Virus record (IMG/VR): IMGVR_UViG_3300005918_000002
Coordinates: 1 to 58,935 of that record
From: a virus
Taxonomy: Duplodnaviria; Caudoviricetes
Reading direction: 5' to 3' (one strand)
Length of the DNA: 58,935 bases
Below the pieces are notes generated by a model, which had not been told where the DNA came from, ran no database searches, and worked only from the letters and a program-made list of their open reading frames with translations. The position numbers were made by a program, and so were the translations under genes. Below, one piece after another: positions 38,231-49,110 of the stretch (its first letter is position 1; every line of letters begins with the position of its first letter).

Positions 38231-39118
38231 ATGCCAAGATTAATTTGTAAAATATGCAAAAAAGAAATATCAATATCATACATAGAACATGAAAAGATTG
38301 TAGATATTAATAACTGGATTTGTATTAATTGTGTGTCGGTTATCTATACAAAGGATTACCCCGCTGGGAAAGTTACTTTATTTACACCCATCGGTACGAG
38401 CGAGGACGGAGCGGCCTTGGGTGATCTGATAATGTCACAATTGGTTTTTGACGAATACAAAAAAGACAATCCAGATGAAACTGTTATAACGACACGGCCG
38501 GGAGACAATGCACTTGAAATGATAAAAATCTTAAAACCTGACAAGATATTTGTATCTGAGTTTCTATGTGACGACAAGCAGAAAATAGAAAAGCTGCCGC
38601 AGGTTATAAATTATAGAATGATGAATGAGCTTTGCAATTATGCGAGAGACGGGGTATATCCAAAGAACATATTTAAGCCGGATTACGTGTTACCAGAAGG
38701 CTTTGATTATGTTGTTTTACACATTAGAAACATATCAAAGGGCAAGACTAAGAATATGTCTCTTGAGGAAGCATATAAAATTACTCTCTCGTTAAGTAAT
38801 AGTAGACAAAAAATTATAGTAGTGGGTAACGATGCGAAGGTAACAAAACATCTTCCTTTGGGTGCCAGGGATTTGCGGTGCATGTTAACCCTAAACGAAA
38901 TTGCCGGGGTGCTTGAAAATTGCAAGCTGTTCATCGGCAAAGACTCGGGAATGGTACACCTTGCGGCCTCATGTGGATGCAATATAATAGCCTATGGATT
39001 CGTAGCTGATAAATGGCATCCTAAAACTGACAAAGAGAAATACAAAGCGTTCAATAAAGACGTTAAGTTTGATATGGTGTTAGATGAAATAAGAAATTAT
39101 TTAGAGGAGATGAAATGA
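38231..39118 (+). CDS. Glycosyltransferase family 9 (heptosyltransferase-like)
   Basis: ALGDLIM, LFIGKDSGMVHLAA and KWHP motifs. Confidence 0.8.
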   Translation: MPRLICKICKKEISISYIEHEKIVDINNWICINCVSVIYTKDYPAGKVTLFTPIGTSEDGAALGDLIMSQLVFDEYKKDNPDETVITTRPGDNALEMIKILKPDKIFVSEFLCDDKQKIEKLPQVINYRMMNELCNYARDGVYPKNIFKPDYVLPEGFDYVVLHIRNISKGKTKNMSLEEAYKITLSLSNSRQKIIVVGNDAKVTKHLPLGARDLRCMLTLNEIAGVLENCKLFIGKDSGMVHLAASCGCNIIAYGFVADKWHPKTDKEKYKAFNKDVKFDMVLDEIRNYLEEMK

Positions 39119-39416
39119 GAAGAGCAAATATTGAAGTTGATGATAAATTAAAAAATGAGCTTGAAAAATGGACAAAAAAGACATGGGACATATGCGGTAA
39201 AAAGGTTCATATCGAGACCGAGACTTATTACAAATTATATGACTGTAATTATAATGGAGTCCCCGACGGTGTTATAAAAAATTTCGTAAGAAAAGAAAAT
39301 GGCGAATTTGATTTAGAAATTATAAAATTTGATAATGGCGGTACCCTAAGAACAAAAGGATGGGGCAAGGAAAGATAACTATTTCAAGGAGAACTAAGAT
39401 GAAAACATTTTAATGC

Positions 39417-39445
39417 TTGACTTTAACGTAAAAAATGCTTATATT
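39417..39445 (+). promoter_or_regulatory. Sigma70-like promoter
   Basis: TTGACT-N17-TATATT. Confidence 0.6.
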
Positions 39446-39902
39446 CTTTTTAATTATGAAAAAGGAGTTAGTTATGCCGAAATATCCCTGTAAGAATTGT
39501 GGTGCGATGGTTAGCATCAGCTGTTTAAAGGAAAAGCAATTAAAAAATAAGAATGTCAAATATGCTGATTTTGTAACAAGATGCGGATCGTGTCCAGATG
39601 TCAAGACCGTCAAGAAGTCTTCAAAGAAAAATGATGGTAAATCTGGAAAAGTGCGTGGTGGGATAGATAAATTTTTTGGAGATAGTGAAGAGAATTTTGA
39701 AGGTACTAAATAGTTGCAGGTTAATCTTGACATAACCAAATTAAGTTACAAGACACAAAACAGAATAAGGCTATTAATAGAATTATTAGAAAATAAACAA
39801 TCAGTCGGCGGAAAATGGTCGGCGCATAAAGGGGATTTAATAATTAAAAAAGAAGTAGATTTAAAATAAAAAAATAAATAAATAGCCGAACCACTGCAAC
39901 GC

Positions 39903-39942
39903 AAAGTCGGATATTCCTTAACGGGAGTATTCGACTTTTTTT
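39903..39942 (+). terminator. Terminator-like hairpin directly upstream of the head genes
   Basis: AAAGTCGGATATTCC/GGAGTATTCGACTTT followed by a T-run. Confidence 0.6.
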
Positions 39943-39956
39943 ATTATGGAGGCAGT

Positions 39957-41333
39957 ATGGATTTTTTAGAAGAGTCACAGCGTAATTTTGTTTTCTCGTG
40001 TTATCCTAATTTGAAATTTATCAAAGAAGGCGTACGTGCGGAAAGTGGAACTGTAAGATTTTCTAAAGAAGTTTTTAAAGATCAAATAGAATGTGAAAAA
40101 TGGATATTAAAAAATACGGATGAAGATGTTGAGATAGTCAAGGAGTTTAATAATGTAACAGCCAAATCTTTAGAAATAACAGATGCGGACTGGGAGTTAA
40201 TTAAAGGGCGGCTTGTAAAGCCTGAAAAGTTTTTAAATGGCAAGAAAGACTTTACAATATTCGAGGAGTATCTTGCCTTTAATGCTTGGGATAGAGATGA
40301 AGAAAGATTCCCAAAGGAGTTTTTAAAACGATTAAGCGATACGATAGTTGGCAAACGTAGACTACAGTCGCATGATTGGTCTGGGAAATCCGGGATAGTT
40401 GGCCGTTATTTTAAATCAAGATTAGAAAAAGTAAGTATTGATGAAGCTGTTAAGTTAATGGGTAATCCTAATCCCGGTTTAAAAAAAGAACTGGATACGA
40501 TTGAAAAAGAAGACGGCGGAATATTTTATATGGTTCCCACTTATTACGTACCCAATGAATATGAAAAAGAGATCCTCGCTATTTCTGCTGGTCTCATTCC
40601 GTCGTCAATTGGTTTTAGGGGTGCAAAATTTGAAGAAGTTAAAGACGATAACGATAATACAATAGGATGGAAATATATTTTAACATCAAGAACCGAATCT
40701 GTTGAGGGTTCTGGCGTTGGTGTAGAAGCTCAATTCGGAGCAGAGACCAAAAAGAATCTATCCGGTGATACAAATATAAGCCGCTCCGATTACGAGGGCG
40801 AAAATGGAGAGTCCCGCTCCAACAAAGAGGGCGAAGGAATCCAGCACAAGAATGTTAATGGAGGCACTATGAAAATTAAATCCCTCGAAATGGAAATTGA
40901 GGTTAAGGATTTAAAAGAACTTGACAAGGCGGGGTCTGACATAGACGAAAAAGTCCAGCCCATACTTGACAATGTTAAAAGTTTGACCGATGAGGTAGCA
41001 AAGTATAAAACAGAAAAAGAAGCACTTGATGAAGTATTCGGTGAAGGTGTTAATCCCGAAAACCTGAAAGGGCTTATTGATCTTGCGGCTGAACTAAAAT
41101 CCGACCTTACAAATGAGGTTATAAGATTACAAGTTTTAACAAAGGCGTTACCAGATGAGCCGGAACGTGTCGAGACTCGAAAGGTAGCGGTTGAGAAATG
41201 GTCCATCAAGGAGATCAAATCTGCTCTTGAAGACTTGCAGAAACAGATTAACGTTCCCGCTGATGACCAGGCTTCGAGTAATACCAAAGAAACAGAAAAA
41301 GCCATAAACCCAAGATTGTATGAATTAAGTTAA
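39957..41333 (+). CDS. Prohead protease/scaffold protein (putative)
   Basis: DRDEERF, SHDW, SIGF and EGSGVGVEAQ motifs; coiled-coil C-terminus; upstream of the capsid gene. Confidence 0.65.
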   Translation: MDFLEESQRNFVFSCYPNLKFIKEGVRAESGTVRFSKEVFKDQIECEKWILKNTDEDVEIVKEFNNVTAKSLEITDADWELIKGRLVKPEKFLNGKKDFTIFEEYLAFNAWDRDEERFPKEFLKRLSDTIVGKRRLQSHDWSGKSGIVGRYFKSRLEKVSIDEAVKLMGNPNPGLKKELDTIEKEDGGIFYMVPTYYVPNEYEKEILAISAGLIPSSIGFRGAKFEEVKDDNDNTIGWKYILTSRTESVEGSGVGVEAQFGAETKKNLSGDTNISRSDYEGENGESRSNKEGEGIQHKNVNGGTMKIKSLEMEIEVKDLKELDKAGSDIDEKVQPILDNVKSLTDEVAKYKTEKEALDEVFGEGVNPENLKGLIDLAAELKSDLTNEVIRLQVLTKALPDEPERVETRKVAVEKWSIKEIKSALEDLQKQINVPADDQASSNTKETEKAINPRLYELS

Positions 41334-41343
41334 GGAGAATGCA

Positions 41344-41808
41344 ATGAGTGATATATTAGCGAAGGGCGGCGGAACTATCGGTGGATTGATTGTACCTGGT
41401 TGTATACCGGATGCGACTTTTCTTGCTGAAATAATAGTGCTTGAAGCTGCCGCAACCAAAATAGAGGGTAGATTGGTTACCCTTACATTTGCAAACAACT
41501 ATGAAGTTACAAGTGCCGCTGCTGGTGCCACGCCTGACGGTGAAATTATCGCGTGTCGTAAAACTACGCAGGCAGCCGGTAACAGTTACGATTTATCAGT
41601 TCGTCTTTTCCATTTTGTGGATCAGAACAGTGTCCATAATTCACCGAATGCCATTGTCACGCTTAAATATGATGGAACCACAGCCTTGCAGGATACCGCT
41701 ATGGTTGACGGTGCTGATTATACATATGTCGAAGACGGCGGAGCGAATGGATGGGGTGCTTGTATTTCTATAGATACGAGCGCAGAAAAGGCCGATTTTT
41801 TATTTTAA
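41344..41808 (+). CDS. Head decoration/cement protein (putative)
   Basis: Small Ala/Gly-rich ORF between scaffold and capsid genes. Confidence 0.5.
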   Translation: MSDILAKGGGTIGGLIVPGCIPDATFLAEIIVLEAAATKIEGRLVTLTFANNYEVTSAAAGATPDGEIIACRKTTQAAGNSYDLSVRLFHFVDQNSVHNSPNAIVTLKYDGTTALQDTAMVDGADYTYVEDGGANGWGACISIDTSAEKADFLF

Positions 41809-41820
41809 GGAGGCATCATA

Positions 41821-42924
41821 ATGGCTAAACGAGAAAATGGTTTGAAGGGCGTAGAATTTATAGACGACAACTTTGATGTTGGTATTTATGAGGACGCCCA
41901 AAAACAATGTAAATCAGTATCAATGATACTCGAAGATATGAAGGAAGAAAAAGAAGGCGAGCTTTCGCCGTATTCTGGCATGACAAAGTCCGAAGTATTA
42001 CAAACAAAAACTCTAATGCGTAAGGCTGGTCAGATTGCACCATTAACTGCTTTTGAAACTTGTATCGCAAAGGCTGGCATTCGTGGAACGGATAAAGTTG
42101 GAAAGTTCTTTGAGTATTCCGGAACTGATGTTTTATTTGGTGAAATGATTTCAGATCAGGTTTATACCGGCGAATTGAAAGTTTCACAGGTTCCCGAATT
42201 TTGCTATGCGCAAACCGTAATTGAATCGGATACATTTAAAAAATTGTATCTTGATGAAGACGAGGACGATATAGATTTAAAGGATATTGTCAAATTGCAG
42301 GATCTGCCAGAGACCAGGATTACAACGAGCGACAGGGTTGTAAGGCTGAACATGTACGGACGCTATCTTAAAATTTCCAAATACGATAAAAGCGAATTGA
42401 GTGTAAAAGCCTTTAACCGTTTTATGCTTAAAATCGGCCAGCAAATTGGTGTACGTAAAACCGATTTGATGTATTACAGATTGAGAAATGGCGACGGCAA
42501 TACAGGAAGCACACCCGGCAGTACGCTCACTTGTGGTGATGGTGCAAACGTGATCAGTTTTGCGAATACGGTTGGATGGGCGGCTCAGGCACCAACTCCA
42601 TATAAGCTTGATAAATTTGCAGTACGTAAAGCCAACTGGATCACATGGATTACCCGACTCTATGATGGTAAAACTACTTCTATCGGTAGCGATGTATTCA
42701 AGGCATTTCCAAAAGCATTTGAATGGGACAGGGCTGTACTTACTGCTAATTATGGTATCGGTGTTGATTCAAGTTTCGCTATTGAAGAAATCTCAACCGG
42801 TGCGCCCCTTGTAGAAGCTGAAAAATTAGTGCGAAGCGTGTCAGACGGAACAGCAATATCAACAATGTATGAATTTACCATTGGTGATAATGATGCTGTT
42901 GCAGTTCTTAACATGGCATCTTAA
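41821..42924 (+). CDS. Major capsid protein (putative)
   Basis: 367 aa; synteny; LPETRI..VRLNMYGRYLKIS..IGQQIG pattern. Confidence 0.75.
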   Translation: MAKRENGLKGVEFIDDNFDVGIYEDAQKQCKSVSMILEDMKEEKEGELSPYSGMTKSEVLQTKTLMRKAGQIAPLTAFETCIAKAGIRGTDKVGKFFEYSGTDVLFGEMISDQVYTGELKVSQVPEFCYAQTVIESDTFKKLYLDEDEDDIDLKDIVKLQDLPETRITTSDRVVRLNMYGRYLKISKYDKSELSVKAFNRFMLKIGQQIGVRKTDLMYYRLRNGDGNTGSTPGSTLTCGDGANVISFANTVGWAAQAPTPYKLDKFAVRKANWITWITRLYDGKTTSIGSDVFKAFPKAFEWDRAVLTANYGIGVDSSFAIEEISTGAPLVEAEKLVRSVSDGTAISTMYEFTIGDNDAVAVLNMAS

Positions 42925-42936
42925 GGGAGGCAAGAA

Positions 42937-43260
42937 ATGACAGATAAATCTAAAATGCTTTGGGCCTTGCCGAATACCGGTAAAGAATTACAGCTGACCG
43001 ATTCAACTGTTGTCTCAAGAGTAACAGATGAAAACGGCAAAATTAAAATTGAATATTTTAATGTTGCATGGGGTGAAAAGGAACTCAAGAAACCCAAACA
43101 GGTTCCTAACAGCCCAGAGTTTGCCGGTTATGCTAATATTGGTTATATAATTTTTGTTGATGCGCCTAAAGAAAAAAAGAAATCAACAGATGTGAATTAT
43201 ACAGCTAAGGCAAGCGGCGAAACAAAAGCGGCCAACAAATCAAAGGAGGCTAAAAAATGA
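42937..43260 (+). CDS. Hypothetical protein
   Basis: GGGAGG RBS; Lys-rich C-terminus. Confidence 0.5.
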   Translation: MTDKSKMLWALPNTGKELQLTDSTVVSRVTDENGKIKIEYFNVAWGEKELKKPKQVPNSPEFAGYANIGYIIFVDAPKEKKKSTDVNYTAKASGETKAANKSKEAKK

Positions 43261-45677
43261 AATTAAAGAAACTATTTGTTATAAGTTTTTGCCTTTTCAT
43301 GGCCGGTGTTTCTTTTTCTCAAACAGCACGGCCTTCCATTAGGACGAGCTGGTTTGAAACTGTTCAGTGGATTCTAACGGGTGAGGAAACATTAACCTAT
43401 AAAACACTTACAGATATGACAATTACAGGGCTAACGGCTCATACTAACACATCTGCATTGACAACCGGCACCATCCGATCTTATACTATCGCCCAAACTC
43501 AGACTGGTGACGGTGCGGCTATTCTCGAAGCATTGAGAGTTGATATTAATTCAGCCGTACAGACCGGAGCTTGGGCGAATGCAATTGTCGGAGCCGTGAA
43601 TTACATCGGGGCTACCGGAGATGCCGGCGGCGGAATGGCAGCGGCCATGTGTTCAGAGGTTACATTACCGGCCATTGCCTCACCTGGCGGATCATATTTT
43701 GCGCATGATTTTGAATTTAATGCGCCAACGACTTACACCGGAAATACAAGCAATAGTTTTAATGTTGCCTTCCTCAGATTTGGATTGTACGGAAACGCTA
43801 CTGCAATTGCATCCTTTGAGGATGAATCGTATTTCATGCGTGTTGACAATGCCTTTACAGATGCAACGGGTAATATGTGGTTTGATAATACTCTCAGAAT
43901 TCAGATTGAAGCCACTGATTGGTTTATTCCATTGTCAGATGCAGAGGGTGAATATTCATCTGCCTATGCAATAGACATTAGTAATGCAACGGACGCATCA
44001 AGTACTACGACCGGATCAATTGCAACCGACGGCGGTTTGGGAGTTGCCAAGAAAGCATTTATTGGAACCGACCTTGCCGTTGACGGTATTTCTAATCTTG
44101 ATAATACTGATATTGACGGAACGTTCACTATGGACGGGACCGCCTTTGATGTTAATTCAACAACCACCGTTACAATTGACAATACCAATACAAGTAATGG
44201 TGTTGTAATTAACGCTGTAACAAGTGGTAGCCCTGTTTCTATCGGTCATACTACATCGGAAACAACGGTCAATGATAATCTCACGGTTACCGGTGATGCA
44301 GATGTTGTGGTTGCTTTTACAGCCGGATCGGTTGGGTCTGATGCAGCCGTTACCGCAACCTCAGGAATGGATATTGGAACGAGTCAGGCTATTGTTGGAA
44401 CCACTGCGATGACAGTCGGAGACGGAACGCAGACAGTAAACGTGAATTCTTCTGATTGGAATATTGGTGCAACTGGTGACATGACCGGGATTGGCACTTT
44501 TGCGGCTGACGGACTAATGACACTTACTGCCGTAACAACCGGGATTGATATTAACGGGACATCCGCCGGTGCAGATGTTAATTATTATTCTATAGATACT
44601 GACTATGACCAGGGTGTTGTTTCTGGTGGAGTCTATGGTAGCCGTGGAAACATCACTGGGGTAGGCGCTTATGTAGATTGTATTGGTAATATAGATCATG
44701 TATATGCTACCCGTGGCGGTTCGTATATGGCAATGGCGGCTGATGCCGAAGCAAATCAGTTTTACGGCGGTACATTTAATGCTAATGCTTCAGGTGCTCA
44801 CACGTTTTCGCTCCGTGATGGTATGGCGGGATTAAAAACAAGTGTTACCGTGGATGCCGCTGTGACTGATATTGACCATGCTGGTAGTACGGGTGACGGC
44901 ATTGTCGCTGGTTTACATGTGTATACGGTGCCAATAGCTGTTGATATAAGTGCCGAGACTTTCGGTATTTATGAAAAGATTGGTGGATATACTGATTATG
45001 GTACATCAATTCAGGTTGTTGCAAACAATACAACTTCCGGGATACGTGTTCAGGTTACCGATGCAGCCGTACTTCCTAACGGTCTTGAAATTAGTGAGAG
45101 TGTCGGGACGATAACAAATGACATCCTATTGAGTGATGACTCGGTTATAAAAGGAGCTGTCACAAGTGGCGCAACAATTGGAGCTAGTGTAACCGGAGCT
45201 GTTCTTAAGAATTATGTCGGAGCCACGAACCAGACCATTATCACGTTCACAAATTACGCAATGCCGATTACAGATTCAGGCGGAAACGGTGGACATGGTA
45301 CGCTTCTATTGGCAACATTCCCTGAAGGTATGATTGATGCTGACGGCTTTATTGGCGACATCGAAATATCAGAAGTAGCTGGAATCGATGCAGCTGGTAC
45401 TTTCGATATGGGTATCGGAACTATTACTGTAGATGTAAGTAATGAAACTCTAGCCGGTGCAGAACAGGATTTAGTAAATGAGGTTGGTGGAACTCTTGTT
45501 GGTGGTGCTGATACTATCGATTTGGTTAATGTAACACTCAACCAGCTTGATGGACACACTACGGCAGTAGCAGTTTATTTTAATGTAGCCGTAACTGATT
45601 CAGACATGACCGCAACAGGATCGATGACAATGAGCGGAACAATAGTGATCACATGGTCGAATCTTGGTGATTATTAA
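43257..45677 (+). CDS. Large beta-rich fibre/surface-like protein with signal-peptide-like N-terminus
   Basis: 806 aa; Thr/Gly/Ala/Asp-rich; STTTGSIATDGGLGVAKK fibre-type repeat; MKLKKLFVISFCLFMAGVSFS-Q. Confidence 0.6.
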   Translation: MKLKKLFVISFCLFMAGVSFSQTARPSIRTSWFETVQWILTGEETLTYKTLTDMTITGLTAHTNTSALTTGTIRSYTIAQTQTGDGAAILEALRVDINSAVQTGAWANAIVGAVNYIGATGDAGGGMAAAMCSEVTLPAIASPGGSYFAHDFEFNAPTTYTGNTSNSFNVAFLRFGLYGNATAIASFEDESYFMRVDNAFTDATGNMWFDNTLRIQIEATDWFIPLSDAEGEYSSAYAIDISNATDASSTTTGSIATDGGLGVAKKAFIGTDLAVDGISNLDNTDIDGTFTMDGTAFDVNSTTTVTIDNTNTSNGVVINAVTSGSPVSIGHTTSETTVNDNLTVTGDADVVVAFTAGSVGSDAAVTATSGMDIGTSQAIVGTTAMTVGDGTQTVNVNSSDWNIGATGDMTGIGTFAADGLMTLTAVTTGIDINGTSAGADVNYYSIDTDYDQGVVSGGVYGSRGNITGVGAYVDCIGNIDHVYATRGGSYMAMAADAEANQFYGGTFNANASGAHTFSLRDGMAGLKTSVTVDAAVTDIDHAGSTGDGIVAGLHVYTVPIAVDISAETFGIYEKIGGYTDYGTSIQVVANNTTSGIRVQVTDAAVLPNGLEISESVGTITNDILLSDDSVIKGAVTSGATIGASVTGAVLKNYVGATNQTIITFTNYAMPITDSGGNGGHGTLLLATFPEGMIDADGFIGDIEISEVAGIDAAGTFDMGIGTITVDVSNETLAGAEQDLVNEVGGTLVGGADTIDLVNVTLNQLDGHTTAVAVYFNVAVTDSDMTATGSMTMSGTIVITWSNLGDY

Positions 45678-46011
45678 AACATGAATAAATAATTATGGCG
45701 AGTAGGCGGAAAGCCGTTAAACGTCTTTTTGTCCTACTCGTCACCCTATGGGGGATAAAAGAGGAAAGAGGATATTATGAGAATAATAAGCGATGGAACT
45801 GGAAGGCATACTTATACATATGATGACGATGGTAATTTAATAAAAAGGATAATTGAAGCTGAAATATTCATTCCTGTTAGTGGACCGAACAAAGTACAGC
45901 TTACTTTTTCCGATAAAGTACAGCTTACTTTTTCCAATGTAGAATTAGACATTCCATTTGACATAGATGGGTTGACAAAATTAAAGGAAAAACTGGGGAT
46001 TGATAAAGAAC

Positions 46012-46779
46012 ATGTTTCCTGAACTTTTAAAAATTGAGATAACGAGCAGATGTAATGCGAAATGTATATTCTGTCGCCATGATAATTATAAGGGAATGGA
46101 TATGGATTTTGACATATTCAAACTTATTGTTGATTCGTTCCCCGAAACAAAAGTGGTTCATCCTCAATTTTTTGGCGAACCTACATTATATCCTCAATTT
46201 GTTGAAGCATTAAAATACCTTAAGGATAATAAAAAGCAAGTTTGTTTCTATACAAACGGGTCGTTTCCGTTAGGCAACATTAAAGACATTCTCAACACTC
46301 ATCCAGACAAGATAATATTTTCCATCGAAGCCGACAATGAGAAATTATATAATAAGATACGCCCGGGATTAAACTGGAAGGTATTGCTTGCCAATATTGA
46401 GTTATGTAATAAATCGGTTAATGTAATTGTAAGGATGACAGTTTGCAAAGAAAACAAGAAACAGATACAGAGAATTAAAAAGTACTGGCAAGATAAAGGC
46501 TTAAAGGTGGTAGCCGTTCCCGAGGTACCAATAAGAAGAGGACGAGCTGGAAAGTATAATGATTATATCTGCAAAAGACCATTAAAGCAGTTTGTTGTTA
46601 AGGCAAACGGGGACGTGGTACTATGTTGTACTGATTGGTTTGGGAAATACGTTATTGGTAATGTAAAAGATGGGTGTGTAAATGTTTGGAATAGTAAAAA
46701 ATTTAAAGAATTAAGGGATAGAATTAATACAGAAACCGCCCCGTCAATTTGTGATAGGTGCGGGTTTAGAATGAGATGA
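46012..46779 (+). CDS. Radical SAM protein with SPASM/twitch domain
   Basis: CNAKCIFC, GEPTL, TNG, CKRP..GDVVLCC..IGNV and CDRC motifs. Confidence 0.9.
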   Translation: MFPELLKIEITSRCNAKCIFCRHDNYKGMDMDFDIFKLIVDSFPETKVVHPQFFGEPTLYPQFVEALKYLKDNKKQVCFYTNGSFPLGNIKDILNTHPDKIIFSIEADNEKLYNKIRPGLNWKVLLANIELCNKSVNVIVRMTVCKENKKQIQRIKKYWQDKGLKVVAVPEVPIRRGRAGKYNDYICKRPLKQFVVKANGDVVLCCTDWFGKYVIGNVKDGCVNVWNSKKFKELRDRINTETAPSICDRCGFRMR

Positions 46780-47828
46780 GGAGAAAAAAGATGAATAAAG
46801 AAATATGTTTTGTAACTGGGCATTGTTGTATTAGGGTCTTAAAAGAAGCTCAATGTTTAAAAGATTTAGGTTATAAAATACACCTTATTGTAGGCGGTGA
46901 TATATTCGGTACCTTAACCGCTAACCCTGAAAAATTTATGACATTATTTAAATCTATTATGCGGTATGTTACCACTGAACAGATGGAACATTCCATAAAA
47001 TTAATTAGCAAAGAAGTATCAATTTTCCACGTTCATAACGAACCAAGCTGGCCGGTTACTAAAATTAGAGAATTGGTACCTGATGCGAAAATTATACTTG
47101 ATATGCATGATTCAAATTATTGGCGTTACGATGGATGTGATTGGCCGGAAGAAGATAACGCCGTAAGCAATGCGGACGCTTTTATAGTCCCGTCGGAGTC
47201 GTGTAAAAAAGAATTGTCTACCAGGACAGACAAACCGATAACCGCCTGTCCCCCGGCGGTGCCTTATAGCTGGTACGTACATTTAAAGCCTGAATCAACT
47301 GATGGACTCGTAAGTCATGGTGGTCATAATAACAAAGTAAGCTGGCGAAATTATACAGATATATACAGGGCCATTGTTAAAGACAAACCAATTTTTGCTT
47401 ATTCTCCGCAGTTTACAATGGATGAGAACAAAACCGAATTAAGGGAAATTACTAATTACTACGCCGGATTAGGCGTTGGGCTTGGTAATCTACGATATTT
47501 TCAGCTGCTTGATATGCTTGGGAATTATACATGGAACCTCGTAGGCAATTGGAATAATAATAGCAAGGTTTGGCAATTTGCATTACCGAATAAATTTTAT
47601 GATGCCGTTGCCGCCGGGATCCCATCGGTTGTTTTCAACGTGCCAGAAGTTGAAAGCATAATTAACAAATACGACATAGGAATTACGGCTAAGAAGCCAG
47701 AAAATTTAATTAACAAATGGAGCCTACATACGGAAAAAAGAAATAATTTAATGTTGTGTAGGAAAAAATTAAGTATGGAAAATTTCATACAATCAATAAC
47801 TAAACTTTATAAGGAGATTCAAAGATGA
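46776..47828 (+). CDS. Glycosyltransferase (GT-B fold, GT4-like)
   Basis: HVHNEP, LDMHD and ALPNKFYDAVAAGIPSV motifs. Confidence 0.8.
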   Translation: MRRKKMNKEICFVTGHCCIRVLKEAQCLKDLGYKIHLIVGGDIFGTLTANPEKFMTLFKSIMRYVTTEQMEHSIKLISKEVSIFHVHNEPSWPVTKIRELVPDAKIILDMHDSNYWRYDGCDWPEEDNAVSNADAFIVPSESCKKELSTRTDKPITACPPAVPYSWYVHLKPESTDGLVSHGGHNNKVSWRNYTDIYRAIVKDKPIFAYSPQFTMDENKTELREITNYYAGLGVGLGNLRYFQLLDMLGNYTWNLVGNWNNNSKVWQFALPNKFYDAVAAGIPSVVFNVPEVESIINKYDIGITAKKPENLINKWSLHTEKRNNLMLCRKKLSMENFIQSITKLYKEIQR

Positions 47829-48190
47829 AGAGACTTAAAAGATTAGCAGTATTATTTTGTGTAATTATGCCGATTGTTCTATTTGCACAAGAAAGCGATT
47901 CTGTTAAAGTTGTAAATTTAACAAAGGAAAATACCGAGCTATCACAGGAAAACAATCAGTACCAAAAAATAATCACAAGCTTGCTGGTAGGTGAAAAAGA
48001 CATATCCAAAGTAGTGGCGGATTTATATCTTGAAAAATTAATATTAATGACCGACCGGGAGCAAATGCTTAAGGCCATAAAAGAAATGCAGGAACTTGCC
48101 CACGAACTTGAGAACGTAAAGACTATCGGCAATCTCGACAAAGTATTATCTAAGTATGGAATAAAGCGAAAAGTAACAATAAAGCAATAA
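47825..48190 (+). CDS. Secreted coiled-coil protein
   Basis: MKRLKRLAVLFCVIMPIVLFA-Q. Confidence 0.55.
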   Translation: MKRLKRLAVLFCVIMPIVLFAQESDSVKVVNLTKENTELSQENNQYQKIITSLLVGEKDISKVVADLYLEKLILMTDREQMLKAIKEMQELAHELENVKTIGNLDKVLSKYGIKRKVTIKQ

Positions 48191-48202
48191 AGGAAAAATG
48201 GA

Positions 48203-48652
48203 ATGGCTATTACTATTACTGCCGCAAATGTGGTTGCCAGGTTAAGAAGTTTAACGACTGTCGACGTACCTGATGCTGTACTCGCTACGCCTGCTTATAT
48301 TCCAGCTGCCGACGCTTGGGCTTCTCAGATTGTGGGATCTGACACTTTGACAGATAATAAAAGTGCTTTAATCGTTGCGGCCAAAATAGCATTTGTTTGT
48401 AAAAGGGTGATAGCCAGCGCACCCGTTGAAAGTTTTGACGTGTCCATTTTGAAAACAAAAGCAGTTACCGCAAATGACAGGCTTGCAATGATGGATATAT
48501 TAGATATTGAAATAGGTGACTTGCTTACATCTGCCGGTTATACCGAATCGTCATTTTATGTTACCAGCTCAGGTGGTGACGATTACACGGTTGACGGAAC
48601 GGATAACACGCAGATAGATTATACTGAACCAAACTTGACGGTGTGGCCATGA
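48203..48652 (+). CDS. Head-tail adaptor (putative)
   Basis: Size and synteny. Confidence 0.5.
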   Translation: MAITITAANVVARLRSLTTVDVPDAVLATPAYIPAADAWASQIVGSDTLTDNKSALIVAAKIAFVCKRVIASAPVESFDVSILKTKAVTANDRLAMMDILDIEIGDLLTSAGYTESSFYVTSSGGDDYTVDGTDNTQIDYTEPNLTVWP

Positions 48653-49110
48653 CAAAAAAAGAAAGATTTATGTTATGGTTATTAAGAAATGGTGAAGCCT
48701 TTACGATTGCCGATATTAGCGGAACTGTATGCCCGTGTATGGCTTACAGGGCGCAGGGATATTCTGCTCAATATCATATTGATTTTCCACTGGCCGCAAA
48801 ATGTAACGGAACAGGATTAATAAATACATCTTCCGTAACAGTAAATCTTAAAGGTATTTTTTACGATGCGGTACTTGCGATAAATAGAGTGATAATGTCG
48901 GAAGACATGAAAACGGAAATCGGTAAAATCAAAAAGGATGCGGTGATATTAGTTGGCACGGTAAACACCGCAACTAATGCATATTACGATTTATCTACGT
49001 TGGTGGAGAGGGAAGATACTTTAACCTGGTCGGGAAATACATACAAAATAAGAAAAGTATACCCGCTTGAAAATGTTGGACAACAGGCATTATTGGAGAG
49101 ACGATCTTGA
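48643..49110 (+). CDS. Head closure protein (putative)
   Basis: CPC..C.GTG motif; synteny. Confidence 0.5.
   Translation: MAMTKKERFMLWLLRNGEAFTIADISGTVCPCMAYRAQGYSAQYHIDFPLAAKCNGTGLINTSSVTVNLKGIFYDAVLAINRVIMSEDMKTEIGKIKKDAVILVGTVNTATNAYYDLSTLVEREDTLTWSGNTYKIRKVYPLENVGQQALLERRS

Noticed and set aside
39727-39755. TTGACA promoter
   Set aside because: No -10 box at 17-bp spacing.
45697-45743. Hairpin GGCGAGTAGG/CCTACTCGTC as a riboswitch
   Set aside because: No recognisable aptamer consensus; probably a simple intergenic stem.
45891-45935. 24-bp-period tandem duplication in ORF 45777..46022
   Set aside because: Single in-frame slippage duplication (KVQLTFS x2) with no wider pattern.
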